From an uncultured Acidobacteriota bacterium (GTDB lineage: Bacteria > Acidobacteriota > Vicinamibacteria > Vicinamibacterales > CAVVIG01), in the NCBI GenBank assembly GCA_963821285.1, contig CAWGDD010000007.1:148436-212435 (forward strand): a stretch of 64,000 nucleotides of DNA, written 5' to 3'. The notes beneath the pieces are model-generated. The model ran no database searches. It had not been told where the DNA came from and saw nothing but the letters and a program-made list of their open reading frames with translations. The position numbers were made by a program, and so were the translations under genes. Positions 9,934 to 19,461 of the stretch are shown piece by piece; position 1 is the stretch's first letter; every line of letters begins with the position of its first letter.

Positions 9934-11351
9934 TCGCCGTTCAAGTCGTCGTCGTGGGCGGCGGCCCGGGCGGCTACGCCGCCGCGTTTCTCGCGGCCGA
10001 CCTCGGCCTCAAGACCGCACTGATCGATCCCGAGCTCAATCCCGGCGGCGTCTGCGTGTACCGGGGCTGCATCCCGTCCAAGGCGCTCCTGCACGTCGCG
10101 AAGCTTGTCGCCGAAGCGCGCCACGCGAACGCCTGGGGCATCACCTTCAGCGAGCCGACGATCGATCTGGACAAACTGCGCGCGTTCAAGAATCAGGTCG
10201 TCGCGCGCCTGACCGGCGGCACGGGGTTGCTCGCCAAGAGCCGGAAGGTGCAGTACCTGCAGGGGCTTGCATCGATCGAAGATGCGCACACGTTGCGCGT
10301 GAAGCTCGTGTCCGGCGGGGAAGAGACGGTGCAGTTCGAGCATGCGATCCTGGCGACCGGATCGGTGCCGGCCGTGCCGGCGTCGCTCCGCCTGCCTGGA
10401 GGGGATGACCCGCGCGTCATGGACTCGACGGCAGCGTTGAACCTGCCCGCCATCCCGCCATCCCTGCTCGTGGTCGGCGGGGGATACATCGGCCTCGAAC
10501 TCGGCACGGTCTACGCCGCACTCGGCAGCGCCGTCACCGTGGTCGAAATGACGCCAGGCCTGCTGCCCGGCGCCGATCGGGACCTGGTGGACATCCTGGC
10601 CAAAGGCATCGGCAAGACGATGAAGGCCGTGCTGCTCAACACGCGCGTCGTGCAGATGAAGGCCGAGCCAGGCGGAATCCGCGTGACCTTCGACGGCGGA
10701 CAGTCCGGCGACGCGGTGTTCGATCGCGTGCTCGTCGCCGTGGGCCGTCGGCCCAACGCCAGCGTGCCCGGCCTCGACCGCACGCAAGTCAGGCTCGACG
10801 AACGGGGCTTCATCGTCGTGGACGGGCAGATGCGGACGGCCGAGCCGTCGATCTTCGCCATCGGCGACGTCGTGGGCGAGCCGATGCTGGCGCACAAGGC
10901 GTCGCACGAAGGGCGGACGGCCGTCGAAGTCATCGCCGGCCACAAGGCCGTGTTCGAGCCCCAGGCGATTCCCGCTGTCGTGTTCACCGACCCCGAACTG
11001 GCGTGGGCCGGATTGACAGAGGCGCAGGCTCAGGCCGCCGGACGGACGGTGAGCGTGGCGAAGTTTCCGTGGGCGGCGTCAGGCCGCGCGATCACACTCG
11101 ACCGCGTGGACGGCCTCACCAAGCTGCTGATCGATCCGGTGACCGAGCGCATCCTGGGTGTCGGCCTCGTCGGCAGCGGCGCCGGCGAATTGATCGCCGA
11201 GGCCGTCGTGGCGATCGAGATGGGCGCGACCGCGTCGGATCTGAAGCTGTCCATCCACCCGCATCCCACTCTGACCGAGACGCTGATGGAGGCCGCCGAA
11301 GTGTTCTTCGGCCAGGCGACGCACGTCTACAAGCCGAAGCGGCCGTCCTAG
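9930..11351 (+). CDS. lpdA: Dihydrolipoyl dehydrogenase E3
   Basis: VVGGGPGGYAAAF, redox disulfide GGVCVYRGCIPSK, C-terminal HPHPTLTE. ATGA overlap with aceF. Confidence 0.9.
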   Translation: MIAVQVVVVGGGPGGYAAAFLAADLGLKTALIDPELNPGGVCVYRGCIPSKALLHVAKLVAEARHANAWGITFSEPTIDLDKLRAFKNQVVARLTGGTGLLAKSRKVQYLQGLASIEDAHTLRVKLVSGGEETVQFEHAILATGSVPAVPASLRLPGGDDPRVMDSTAALNLPAIPPSLLVVGGGYIGLELGTVYAALGSAVTVVEMTPGLLPGADRDLVDILAKGIGKTMKAVLLNTRVVQMKAEPGGIRVTFDGGQSGDAVFDRVLVAVGRRPNASVPGLDRTQVRLDERGFIVVDGQMRTAEPSIFAIGDVVGEPMLAHKASHEGRTAVEVIAGHKAVFEPQAIPAVVFTDPELAWAGLTEAQAQAAGRTVSVAKFPWAASGRAITLDRVDGLTKLLIDPVTERILGVGLVGSGAGELIAEAVVAIEMGATASDLKLSIHPHPTLTETLMEAAEVFFGQATHVYKPKRPS

Positions 11352-11677
11352 GCCGCGCCGGTCCGCAGTTCCTGTTCGGCGAACGAACGCGCGGCCATCA
11401 TCCACGCGTTGCTGACCCTCAGCCCATACGCCGTCGGACGGTACCAGCGCCGCGGGAGGCCGATAGCGCCCGGGGGGAGCGGCTCGGTCCGCGATTCGAC
11501 GTAGCCCTTGTCCTGCATACGGCCGAGCGTGACGTACACGGTGCCGCGTTTCAGCGCGCCCTCGGAGCGGTCCACCAGCTGCAGGCCGAAGAGTTCCCCC
11601 TGGCGCAGCAGATCCAGAATCAGACGTTCGGTGCCCGAGAGCCGCGGAACCGGTCGAGACATGTCATTCGTCATCAT
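11348..11677 (-). CDS. PadR-family transcriptional regulator
   Basis: 109 aa; LILDLLRQGELFGLQLVDRSEGALKRGTVYVTLGRMQDKGYVE winged-helix pattern. Confidence 0.7.
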   Translation of the reverse strand: MMTNDMSRPVPRLSGTERLILDLLRQGELFGLQLVDRSEGALKRGTVYVTLGRMQDKGYVESRTEPLPPGAIGLPRRWYRPTAYGLRVSNAWMMAARSFAEQELRTGAA

Positions 11678-12131
11678 TCCCTCACTTGGAGAGCCAAGGC
11701 ACCATTCCGAGTGTTCGTACCCGGCGAAGCGTCCATATATCGACAGAAGAGCAAGACTGGCTCCAATCGGCGCGCCGGCCGGTTTTCAACGAGTTCGACG
11801 TTTTCAGGCCTGATTTCGACAATTGTGCCTGTCCACCTGCCGTCCGGAGGGCTCCTCCCGGGCGACAAGAACGTGGAACCGCGTGTCAGCGGAGACATTC
11901 ATGTTGTCCTCGACGGGAGGCCGGACCGGCGGATCGCCCGGGCTGACAGCGGGAAGGACGGCAAGTCGGAGCCTGACCGACAAGAATGTGTGAAACAGCT
12001 TTCGACACGACGCTTCTGTCCAGATCGGCGCCATATCCCAGCCCTGCCCGTGCCACCCGGACAGTGTCATCAATCGGATTGTCGCTGGGGTGATGGGAGT
12101 GATCAGTTCACGTAACAACCGCGCCGCGCGC

Positions 12132-13034
12132 CTACGAACCGGCGGCGGCTTGCCAGGCGTCGGCGGTTTCGTGCGCGTGATACGAGCTGCGCACGAGGGG
12201 GCCTGACTCGACGTGCACGAACCCGAGGTCGAGCGCGATCTGCTTGAGCTCGCGGAACTCGTCGGGGTGGTAGTAGCGGGTCATCGGCGCGTGTTCGCTC
12301 GAGGGGCGCAGGTACTGTCCGATCGTGAGGATCTGGCAGCCGACACCGCGCAGATCGCGGAACGTGGCGACCAGCTCGTCGTGCTCCTCGCCGAGACCGA
12401 CCATGACGCCGGTCTTCGTCGGGATCTCGGGCGCGTACCGTCGCGATCGATCCAGGAGTTCCAGCGTCCGCGTGTAACGTCCGCCCGAACGCGCCATGCG
12501 GTAGAGCCGTGGCACCGTTTCCGTGTTGTGATTCATCACGTCCGGGCGCGCGTCGAGGACGGTCCGGAGCGCGGCCTCGTCCCCCTGAAAATCGGGAATC
12601 AGCACCTCGAGCCGGCACCCGGGATGGAGCGCGCGCGTCTGGCGGATGGTGTCCGCGAAGATCGAGGCCCCGCCGTCCTTCAGATCGTCGCGGTCCACCG
12701 ACGTCACGACGACGTAGCTGAGGTCGAGCGCGTGGATGGCGTGGGCGACGCGGGCGGCCTCATCCGGATCGGCGGGTGCGGGCCGGCCGTGCGAGATGGC
12801 GCAGTAGGCACAGGCGCGCGTGCAGACCTCGCCGAGAATCATGAACGTGGCGGTGCCGTGGTTCCAGCACTCACCGATGTTGGGGCACTGCGCTTCTTCG
12901 CACACGGTATGGAGCTTCAGCTCGCGCATCAGGCCCTTGAGCCGTGTGTAGTTCGGCGACCCGGGCGCGCGCACCTTCAGCCAGGCCGGTTTCGGCGGCC
13001 TGGGCGCCGGCACGAGCGGGATCAGGGAGCCCAT
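12132..13034 (-). CDS. lipA: Lipoyl synthase
   Basis: VCEEAQCPNIGECW and CTRACAYC radical-SAM cluster motifs; 300 aa. Confidence 0.9.
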   Translation of the reverse strand: MGSLIPLVPAPRPPKPAWLKVRAPGSPNYTRLKGLMRELKLHTVCEEAQCPNIGECWNHGTATFMILGEVCTRACAYCAISHGRPAPADPDEAARVAHAIHALDLSYVVVTSVDRDDLKDGGASIFADTIRQTRALHPGCRLEVLIPDFQGDEAALRTVLDARPDVMNHNTETVPRLYRMARSGGRYTRTLELLDRSRRYAPEIPTKTGVMVGLGEEHDELVATFRDLRGVGCQILTIGQYLRPSSEHAPMTRYYHPDEFRELKQIALDLGFVHVESGPLVRSSYHAHETADAWQAAAGS

Positions 13035-13042
13035 GTCGCCAA

Positions 13043-13699
13043 TTATATCGGGCGCAGGCCGGCGATGAGGTAATCGGCAAACCGGGTGGCGATCTGATCG
13101 GAGCTGGCCGGGCCCCCCGGGTTGAACCAGCGGGCAATCCAGTTCAGGGCCCCCAGCATGGCAAAGCCCACGAGTTTGGGGTCTCCGGGCGCAAAGACGC
13201 CCGTGGCGATGCCCTCCTCGAGAATCATGCGCATGCCCCGGTCGAAGCGGTCGCGCCGCACGATGACGGCTTTGAGATGCGCCGGCGTGAGCGCTTCGAG
13301 ATCGAGCAGCAGCGCCGTACCGTGCAGCTCGTCGAGAATCACGTGGACGGTCGACACGATGAGCCGCCGCAGCTTCTCATCCGGCGGCGCCGTGCTGCGC
13401 ACGACCTGGTCCAGCAGTTCCTGCAGCCGATCGTGCGAGTACTCGTGGCAGGCGAAGAGGATCTCTTCCTTGTTGCGGAAGTAGTAGTAGAGGTTGCCCT
13501 TCTTCATCCGCAGGGCGGCGGCGATCTGCTCGACTGTGGCGCCGTGGTAGCCGAGCCTGCGGAACGCCGCGGCGGCGCTCTTGAGGATCTCGACCCGCGT
13601 GGCTGCGCTGACCTCGCTCCGACGCCCGCGCGGCACCCGGCGCCGCGCCCGCCGGCGTTTCACGCCCGCGGCGGCTGAACTGGAATCGCCCGTCTCCAC
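13043..13699 (-). CDS. TetR/AcrR-family transcriptional regulator
   Basis: N-terminal HTH ILKSAAAAFRRLGYHGATVEQIAAALRMKKGNLYYYFRNKEEIL. Confidence 0.8.
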   Translation of the reverse strand: METGDSSSAAAGVKRRRARRRVPRGRRSEVSAATRVEILKSAAAAFRRLGYHGATVEQIAAALRMKKGNLYYYFRNKEEILFACHEYSHDRLQELLDQVVRSTAPPDEKLRRLIVSTVHVILDELHGTALLLDLEALTPAHLKAVIVRRDRFDRGMRMILEEGIATGVFAPGDPKLVGFAMLGALNWIARWFNPGGPASSDQIATRFADYLIAGLRPI

Positions 13700-13765
13700 T
13701 GCAGTTTCAAGATTACCCGATTACGCGCGGCAGCGGGCCCCAATCGCCGGATTGCCGGCTTCTGC

Positions 13766-15013
13766 CTACCGATGCGTCACCAGCATCAGCACCGTCAGCA
13801 GCACCATCACCACGACCGTCGTCCAGGCGATGGTGTTGAAGCTGCGTGAGTTCGTGTAGCTGCCCATCAGCTCGCGGTCGTTGGTCAGCAGCAGCATGAA
13901 CACGAGCACGAGCGGCAGCACGATGCCGTTGGCCACCTGCGACAGCACCGATACGTAGACGAGCGGCAGCCCCGGCACGAGCAGCACGGCGGCGCCGAGC
14001 ACGATGATCACCGTGTAGAGCCAGTAGAACACCGGCGCCTCGCGGAACTTCTTGTCGAGGCCCGACTCGAAGCCGAGGCCTTCGCACACCGCGTACGCCG
14101 TCGAGATCGGGAGGATCGACGCCGCGAACAGCGAGGCGTTGAAGAGGCCGGCGGCGAAGAGCAGGTAGGCGTACTCGCCGGCGAGCGGCCGGAGGGCCTG
14201 TGCGGCGTCCGCCGCGCTGCCGATGTCGTGATGGCCGTTGGCGTAGAGCGTGGCCGCGCAGGCGACGATGATGAACCACGCGACGATGTCGGTGAAGATG
14301 CACCCGAGGATCACGTCCCACCGTGACGCGGCGTACTGCCTGGCGGTGATGCCCTTCTCGACGATCGAGGCCTGCAGGTAGAACTGCATCCACGGTGCGA
14401 TCGTGGTCCCCACGAGGCCGATCACCATGTAGAGGTAGCCGTAGTTCCGGATCCCCGCCGCTTCGGGCCGCGTCACGGTGGCGAAGGCCGCCGCCTTCCA
14501 GTCCGGATGCGCGAGCAGTCCGGCGATGATGTATGCGACGTAGAACGCCGACGCGGTCAGGAAGATCTTCTCGATGCTGGCATAAGTGCCGCGGACCACG
14601 AGCAGCCAGACGACGAACGCCGCCAGCGGCACCACGATGTACCGCGACAGCCCGAACAGCTCGAGGCTGCTCGCGATGCCCGCGAACTCGGCGACGACGT
14701 TGCCGAAGTTCGTCACGATGAGCGTCACCATCACGATGAACGTCAGCCGGAACCCGAACTCTTCCCGGATGAGATCGCTCAACCCCTTGCCGGTGACGGC
14801 GCCCAGCCGCGACGCCATCTCCTGCACCACGATGAGCGCGATCGTGATCGGGATCATCGTCCAGAGCAGCGAGTAGCCGAACTGCGCGCCGGCCTGGGAG
14901 TACGTGAAGATGCCGCCCGCGTCGTTGTCGACGTTGGCGGTGATGAACCCGGGCCCGATGACGGCCAGCAGGAGCAGCAGCCGGGTCTTCCAGTGCTTCA
15001 GCGTGGACCGCAT
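13766..15013 (-). CDS. NRAMP/SLC11-family transporter with NRMT-like (Mg2+-type) substitutions in the metal site
   Basis: 415 aa. TM1 GPGFITANVDNDAGGIFTYSQAGAQFGY (DAGG in place of DPGN). TM6 GLVGTTIAPWMQFYLQ (T..A-P-W in place of A..M-P-H). Confidence 0.75.
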   Translation of the reverse strand: MRSTLKHWKTRLLLLLAVIGPGFITANVDNDAGGIFTYSQAGAQFGYSLLWTMIPITIALIVVQEMASRLGAVTGKGLSDLIREEFGFRLTFIVMVTLIVTNFGNVVAEFAGIASSLELFGLSRYIVVPLAAFVVWLLVVRGTYASIEKIFLTASAFYVAYIIAGLLAHPDWKAAAFATVTRPEAAGIRNYGYLYMVIGLVGTTIAPWMQFYLQASIVEKGITARQYAASRWDVILGCIFTDIVAWFIIVACAATLYANGHHDIGSAADAAQALRPLAGEYAYLLFAAGLFNASLFAASILPISTAYAVCEGLGFESGLDKKFREAPVFYWLYTVIIVLGAAVLLVPGLPLVYVSVLSQVANGIVLPLVLVFMLLLTNDRELMGSYTNSRSFNTIAWTTVVVMVLLTVLMLVTHR

Positions 15014-15015
15014 GG

Positions 15016-16254
15016 CTACCGTCTGTGGCGCAGCATCGTGATGACGTCGTCCGCCGTGATGATGCCGGCGAGCCGTTCGTGCTCGTCGAGGACGGCCAGG
15101 GTGACGAGGTTGTACTTGTCGAAGAGCGCCGCAACGTCATCATCCGGCGTGTCGGCCGCGCAGGTAACGGCCGGCTCGACCAGCTGAGAGAGGGGCGTGG
15201 TGGGCGGCGACAAAGCGATCTTCACGAGCGGCACGGCGCCCACGATCTTGTAGGCGACGTTGTAGAGGTAGACCGTGGCGACGGCCTCGCGGCTGCCTTC
15301 GAACTGCCGCAGCGCTTCGATTGCGTCGTCCACGATTCCGTGATCGCCGACGGCGACGAACTCGGTCGTCATCCGGCCGGCGGCGGTGTGCTCGCCGAAC
15401 TCCAGGAGCTGAGTGACCTCCTGGCGTTCCTCCGGCTCCATCTCCTTGAGGATGGCGCCCGACCGATCTTCCGGCAGCTCGCCGAGCAGGTCGGCCGCGG
15501 CGTCGGGGTCCATTTCCTCGACGATGTCGGCCGCGCGGTCGGAGTCCAGCGACTCGACGATCGAGACCTGGACTTTCGGGTCGATCTCTTCGAGCGCCTC
15601 GGCGGCGACCTCCTCGTCGAGGGTCTCGAAGACGGCCTCGCGCTCGGCGTGCGGCAGGTCCTCGACGATGTTGGCGATGTCCGCCGGGTGGAGCTTCGAG
15701 AGGCCTTCGTAGACGATCTTCAGCTTGACGCGGCGCGCCGGGTCCGTTTCGAGCAGATCGACGTACGCCCACGGGATGACTCGCGGCGGAATGCGGTCGA
15801 GCAGCGTGCGCAGGGTGAACGACGGCACGATGCCCTTCGTGAGACGCCGGATGGCGCCGCGGGCGCCGACATCGACGGCGACCACGCTGAGGACGACGTG
15901 GCTGTTCAGGGGTGTGGAGTCGAGCTCGACGTCGTTGACGCGGACGACCTTTCGCCCGTGGACGTCGATGATCTGCTGATCGAGCAGGTCGCGCTTGAGG
16001 AGCAGGACGCCGTCAGAGGCTGCGTACTTCTCCCAGGCCGAGCCATCGTCGTCTGTGCGGACGATGGCCCCGCACGACTTGAGCACTGTGGACGGGAGCA
16101 CGCGCTCGCCGTCTGATGTCTTGACGATTAGATAGGCGATCCGGGTGGGGTGGTCCTGCGGGGCGATCGCGATCTCGCGCACGCGTCCGAGAACGGCGCC
16201 GGTGGCACCGCGCACGGGAGCGCCGAGGAGTTCGGAGAGCGCGACGAGCGACAT
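15016..16254 (-). CDS. Soluble PRC-barrel + MgtE N-terminal domain + CBS-pair protein (no membrane pore domain)
   Basis: 412 aa. MgtE_N-like acidic helices LHPADIANIVEDLPHAEREAVFETLDEEVAAEALEEIDP...DIVEEMDPDAAADLL, then a CBS pair (...LAVLDEHERLAGIITADDVITMLR). It ends 2 nt before the transporter gene. Confidence 0.7.
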   Translation of the reverse strand: MSLVALSELLGAPVRGATGAVLGRVREIAIAPQDHPTRIAYLIVKTSDGERVLPSTVLKSCGAIVRTDDDGSAWEKYAASDGVLLLKRDLLDQQIIDVHGRKVVRVNDVELDSTPLNSHVVLSVVAVDVGARGAIRRLTKGIVPSFTLRTLLDRIPPRVIPWAYVDLLETDPARRVKLKIVYEGLSKLHPADIANIVEDLPHAEREAVFETLDEEVAAEALEEIDPKVQVSIVESLDSDRAADIVEEMDPDAAADLLGELPEDRSGAILKEMEPEERQEVTQLLEFGEHTAAGRMTTEFVAVGDHGIVDDAIEALRQFEGSREAVATVYLYNVAYKIVGAVPLVKIALSPPTTPLSQLVEPAVTCAADTPDDDVAALFDKYNLVTLAVLDEHERLAGIITADDVITMLRHRR

Positions 16255-16299
16255 TGATGGAAATCCCGCATGAGTGGACTCCCTCAGAATAACAGCATT

Positions 16300-17532
16300 T
16301 CAATGCCGGTGAGCCCTCGAATCGTGCGGCTGCGGACGATAGCGCACGAACACGTGGAACGAGTGCGGCGAGGTGCCGTAGTAGTCGATCATGTTGTCCG
16401 GCACGTGGTAGAACGTCGCGTCCCCGCCGAGGCCGAGACGCCCCCATGGTTTGTTTACGACGTCGTGGACATAGCCGAACGTCGCGGCCGCGACGTGTGA
16501 AATGCGATGAAAGGACACGAAGCCGGGCGGATCCGGAAAGCCCAGGTCGAGCAGATCCTTGGCCGAGGCTTCTGCGCGTCCGTAGAAGTGCCCGCGCCCG
16601 GCGATCGGCGTGTCCCATTCGAAGAGATATCCGTCGAGGGGACCGTGGATCTCGCGGTTCTCGCCCCAGGCGAGCGTGGCAGCGACGGGATGCGACCGCA
16701 CCGTTCCGTTGAATTCGATTGAGGCCGTGATGCGCGGGATGTCGTACGGCTCGAACCATGCGGGCTCGTGCAGAATGCCGCCCGACACCTGGGCCATCCA
16801 CGGACCGCGCTGCCATTTCCCTTGAACCGACCAGGAGTCGAGCCACGGCCGGCCGATGTCCAGCCGGTTCTCGTCCGGCTCCTGTCCACGGAACCACGAC
16901 GCCAGGAACGTCAGGGCCCCCGCCTCGACGCCCCCCGTCACCACGCCCGGTGTGATGTGCGTGGAATCGAGTTGGTGGTGGGTGAGCGGGGCCTGCGGGT
17001 TGTTGCGGGCCGACTCGCGGTGCATGAACGGCGTCGGCCCGAGCGCGGCGGGCCCGACCAGGTCGGCTGACATGATGAGCGTGGCGTGTGGCCCGCGCAG
17101 CCGGTAGGTGGCGCCGAGCTCCATGAACAGATCGTGCGGATGCTGGCGATCGATGAGCGGGCCCCTTTGGTACGACTCGCCAGTCTGGAACAGCTGCGGG
17201 GAGCCGATGCCGCGCATGGTGAACGGCTCGAGCGAGATCATGCCCTCCACCTGAAACGCTCCGCGGCCGAGTCGCCGCGCGCCGTGCAGCATGAACCAGT
17301 TCTGCGACTCCCAGGCCGACTGATCTTTGAACTCGCGCTGCTGGTAGTTGTAGCCGAAGAACACGTTGGCGTCGGGCGACCACGACCACGTGGGCAATTC
17401 CGCCGGCGTGGCGCCGCGCGCGGTGTCGTGCACGTGATCGGCGGGGGAGGTTGCGGGCTCTTGCGCCGCCGCCGGGGATGCGAGGGCCCGGAGGAAGAAG
17501 GGCATGAGGACGACGAGCGGCGGCAGGCGCAT
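16300..17532 (-). CDS. Secreted His-rich protein, putative outer-membrane beta-barrel
   Basis: Start set at MRLPPLVVLMPFFLRALASPAAAQEP (signal peptide) because the upstream part of the track ORF overlaps the -24/-12 promoter. Alternating beta-strand-like pattern, DRQHPHDLFMELG. No family recognised. Confidence 0.45.
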   Translation of the reverse strand: MRLPPLVVLMPFFLRALASPAAAQEPATSPADHVHDTARGATPAELPTWSWSPDANVFFGYNYQQREFKDQSAWESQNWFMLHGARRLGRGAFQVEGMISLEPFTMRGIGSPQLFQTGESYQRGPLIDRQHPHDLFMELGATYRLRGPHATLIMSADLVGPAALGPTPFMHRESARNNPQAPLTHHQLDSTHITPGVVTGGVEAGALTFLASWFRGQEPDENRLDIGRPWLDSWSVQGKWQRGPWMAQVSGGILHEPAWFEPYDIPRITASIEFNGTVRSHPVAATLAWGENREIHGPLDGYLFEWDTPIAGRGHFYGRAEASAKDLLDLGFPDPPGFVSFHRISHVAAATFGYVHDVVNKPWGRLGLGGDATFYHVPDNMIDYYGTSPHSFHVFVRYRPQPHDSRAHRH

Positions 17533-17560
17533 CAGGGTTCGGACGGACCGGTTCTTGCCA

Positions 17561-17575
17561 CGCAAGGGAAGTGCC
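17561..17575 (-). promoter_or_regulatory. Sigma-54 (-24/-12) promoter candidate: cGGCAC-ttccc-TTGCG
   Basis: Minus strand reads gcggcGGCACttcccTTGCGtggc, with exact GG-N10-GC spacing. The -12 element is 30 nt upstream of ATG 17532. Confidence 0.55.
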
Positions 17576-17697
17576 GCCGCTCGCCGGCAAAAGCTGCGAG
17601 GTTCGACGGAAGGCTATCCTGCCAGCTTACGCGTTCAGTAAGGTATTGCGGAACGGGTAAGCGGGGGGATCGTATCGGGGGCTGGGGACAGGAGAAC

Positions 17698-18153
17698 ATG
17701 ACGCTGAGCCGACTGTCGATCGTCGCGCTGCTTGCCGTGACCGTGGCGTGTGCAAGCGAGCCCCCGAGTCAGCCGCCGACGCCGGCGGCTCCGACGCCGC
17801 CGGTCGTTCCGGCGGGTCCGCCGAAGCCGCTCGAGGGCGCCACGATCACGATTACTTCGTCCGGCTTGCGGCTCGACAGCGCCTCAGCGGCTGCGTATTC
17901 CATCAACGATCTGCACGTCTATGCCGGTGCACGTCTCACCTTCGTCAACAGCGACAATGATCCGCACGACATGCTGTCGGGTCCGCTGGGATTGCACAAC
18001 GACTGCCCCGAAATCAACATCGCCGGCTACCTGGTGCCCGGCCAGTCACGCGCGACCGATCCGCTCACGCATCTCATGCCCTGCGAGTTTCACGATCACA
18101 CGCACGAAGGCAATCCGGCGTTCGGCGGCCGGGTGACGGCCGAACCGCGATAG
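17698..18153 (+). CDS. Lipoprotein with cupredoxin-like domain (paralog of 19942..20370)
   Basis: Lipobox LLAVTVAC. LTFVNSDNDPHDMLSGPLGLHNDCPEINIAGYLVPGQSRATDPLTHLMPCEFHDHTH aligns residue-for-residue with the paralog. Confidence 0.55.
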   Translation: MTLSRLSIVALLAVTVACASEPPSQPPTPAAPTPPVVPAGPPKPLEGATITITSSGLRLDSASAAAYSINDLHVYAGARLTFVNSDNDPHDMLSGPLGLHNDCPEINIAGYLVPGQSRATDPLTHLMPCEFHDHTHEGNPAFGGRVTAEPR

Positions 18154-18212
18154 ACGATCCGGCCGGGCGGCGGTCTTGACCGTCCGGACAGGTCGGGATT
18201 ATGCTCGTTCTT

Positions 18213-18232
18213 GAAAGTGAGACTCATTCTCA
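18213..18232 (+). promoter_or_regulatory. Fur-box-like operator upstream of the PepSY gene
   Basis: gaaagTGAGActcatTCTCA. 14/19 matches to GATAATGATAATCATTATC and 12/15 to the 7-1-7 core. AT-rich island 56 nt upstream of ATG 18288. Confidence 0.45.
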
Positions 18233-18287
18233 TCTATGTCTCGCTTCTCGATTCCTCTACCTAAAACTGACGTCGCCGGGCCGATCG

Positions 18288-19445
18288 ATGAAACCGTTTC
18301 GTACCGCTCTGTTCTGGCTTCACCTGGCCGCCGGCGTCGCTGCGGGCCTCGTCATCCTCGTGATGTCGGCGACCGGCGCTGTGCTGGCGTTCAAGCCGCA
18401 GATTCTCGACCGCGTGGACCGCGCCGTGCGGTTCGTCGATCCCGCCGGCACGCCGCGGCTCGAGCCGTCGCGGATCCTCGCGGCGGCTCAGGCTGCCCGG
18501 CCCGACGGCCAGCCGGCGACGCTGGTGCTCGACCGCGATCCGTCGGCGTCGGCCGCCGTCGGCTTCGGCCGCGACGGCACGCTGTACGTGAACCCCTACA
18601 CGGGCGCCCAGCTTGGCGCGGGCTCGGCCGTCGCCCAGCAGTTCTTCCGCGCCACTGAAGACCTGCACCGCTGGCTGAGTTTCAGCGGCGACAACCGCGA
18701 TACGGGGCGCTCGCTGACCGGTGCATCCAACCTGGCGTTTCTGGGCCTGGCCATCACGGGCCTGTTCCTCTGGTGGCCGCACAAGTGGCTCCCGCAGCAC
18801 CTGACGGCGATCCTGCTCTTCCGGCGCACAGCCACAGCGCGCGCCCGCGACTTCAACTGGCACAACGTCATCGGCTTCTGGTGCGCGCCGGTCCTCATCG
18901 TGCTGACGGCGACGGGCGTCGTGATGTCGTACCCGTGGGCGAACCGGCTGCTGTATCAGATGGCCGGCAGCCCGCTGCCCGCCGCACGGGGTCCGCAGGG
19001 TCTGCGAGGTCCACAGGATTCACAGAGGCCGCGCGTTGATGTCGATGCGCTCTGGGCCCGCGCCGAACAGCAGCTGCCGACCTGGCAGACCGTGACCATG
19101 CGGCTGCCCGAACGGCCGCGCGCGCCCGTGTCGTTTACAATGAACGACGCCCGGCACTGGAACACGTTCGCGCGATCGCAGCTGACCCTGGACGCCGCAA
19201 CCGGCGACATCGTCCGCTGGGAGCCGTACGCCGAGAACAGCCGCGGCCAGAAATGGCGCGGCTGGGTCCGGTTCGGGCACACGGGTGAACTGGGAGGCAT
19301 CGTCGGCCAGACGCTCGCGGGCATCGCGTGCGTGGGGGGCGTGGTGCTCGTCTGGACGGGCCTGGCCCTGGCATTTCGGCGGCTCGTGGGCTGGCAGCTC
19401 TGGCGCCGAATGAACACGGAAGCGGCTCGACGCGTTCGAGCCTAG
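18288..19445 (+). CDS. PepSY-associated TM-helix protein (PiuB/FoxB-like putative ferric reductase)
   Basis: MKPFRTALFWLHLAAGVAAGLVILVMSATGAVLAF..., HRWL, FGHTGELGG, four TM segments. Confidence 0.7.
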   Translation: MKPFRTALFWLHLAAGVAAGLVILVMSATGAVLAFKPQILDRVDRAVRFVDPAGTPRLEPSRILAAAQAARPDGQPATLVLDRDPSASAAVGFGRDGTLYVNPYTGAQLGAGSAVAQQFFRATEDLHRWLSFSGDNRDTGRSLTGASNLAFLGLAITGLFLWWPHKWLPQHLTAILLFRRTATARARDFNWHNVIGFWCAPVLIVLTATGVVMSYPWANRLLYQMAGSPLPAARGPQGLRGPQDSQRPRVDVDALWARAEQQLPTWQTVTMRLPERPRAPVSFTMNDARHWNTFARSQLTLDAATGDIVRWEPYAENSRGQKWRGWVRFGHTGELGGIVGQTLAGIACVGGVVLVWTGLALAFRRLVGWQLWRRMNTEAARRVRA

Positions 19446-19461
19446 ACTGGGAGACAGCGGA

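Noticed and set aside
11678-12131. RNase P RNA, SRP RNA, tmRNA or tRNA in the gene-free stretch.
   Set aside because: I could not find the diagnostic motifs on either strand (GGAAAGTCCGGGC-type P4, GGAAGCAGCC SRP helix 8, GGTTCGAnTCC T-arm, tag-peptide ORF). 'gggaaggacggcaag' is only superficially SRP-like.
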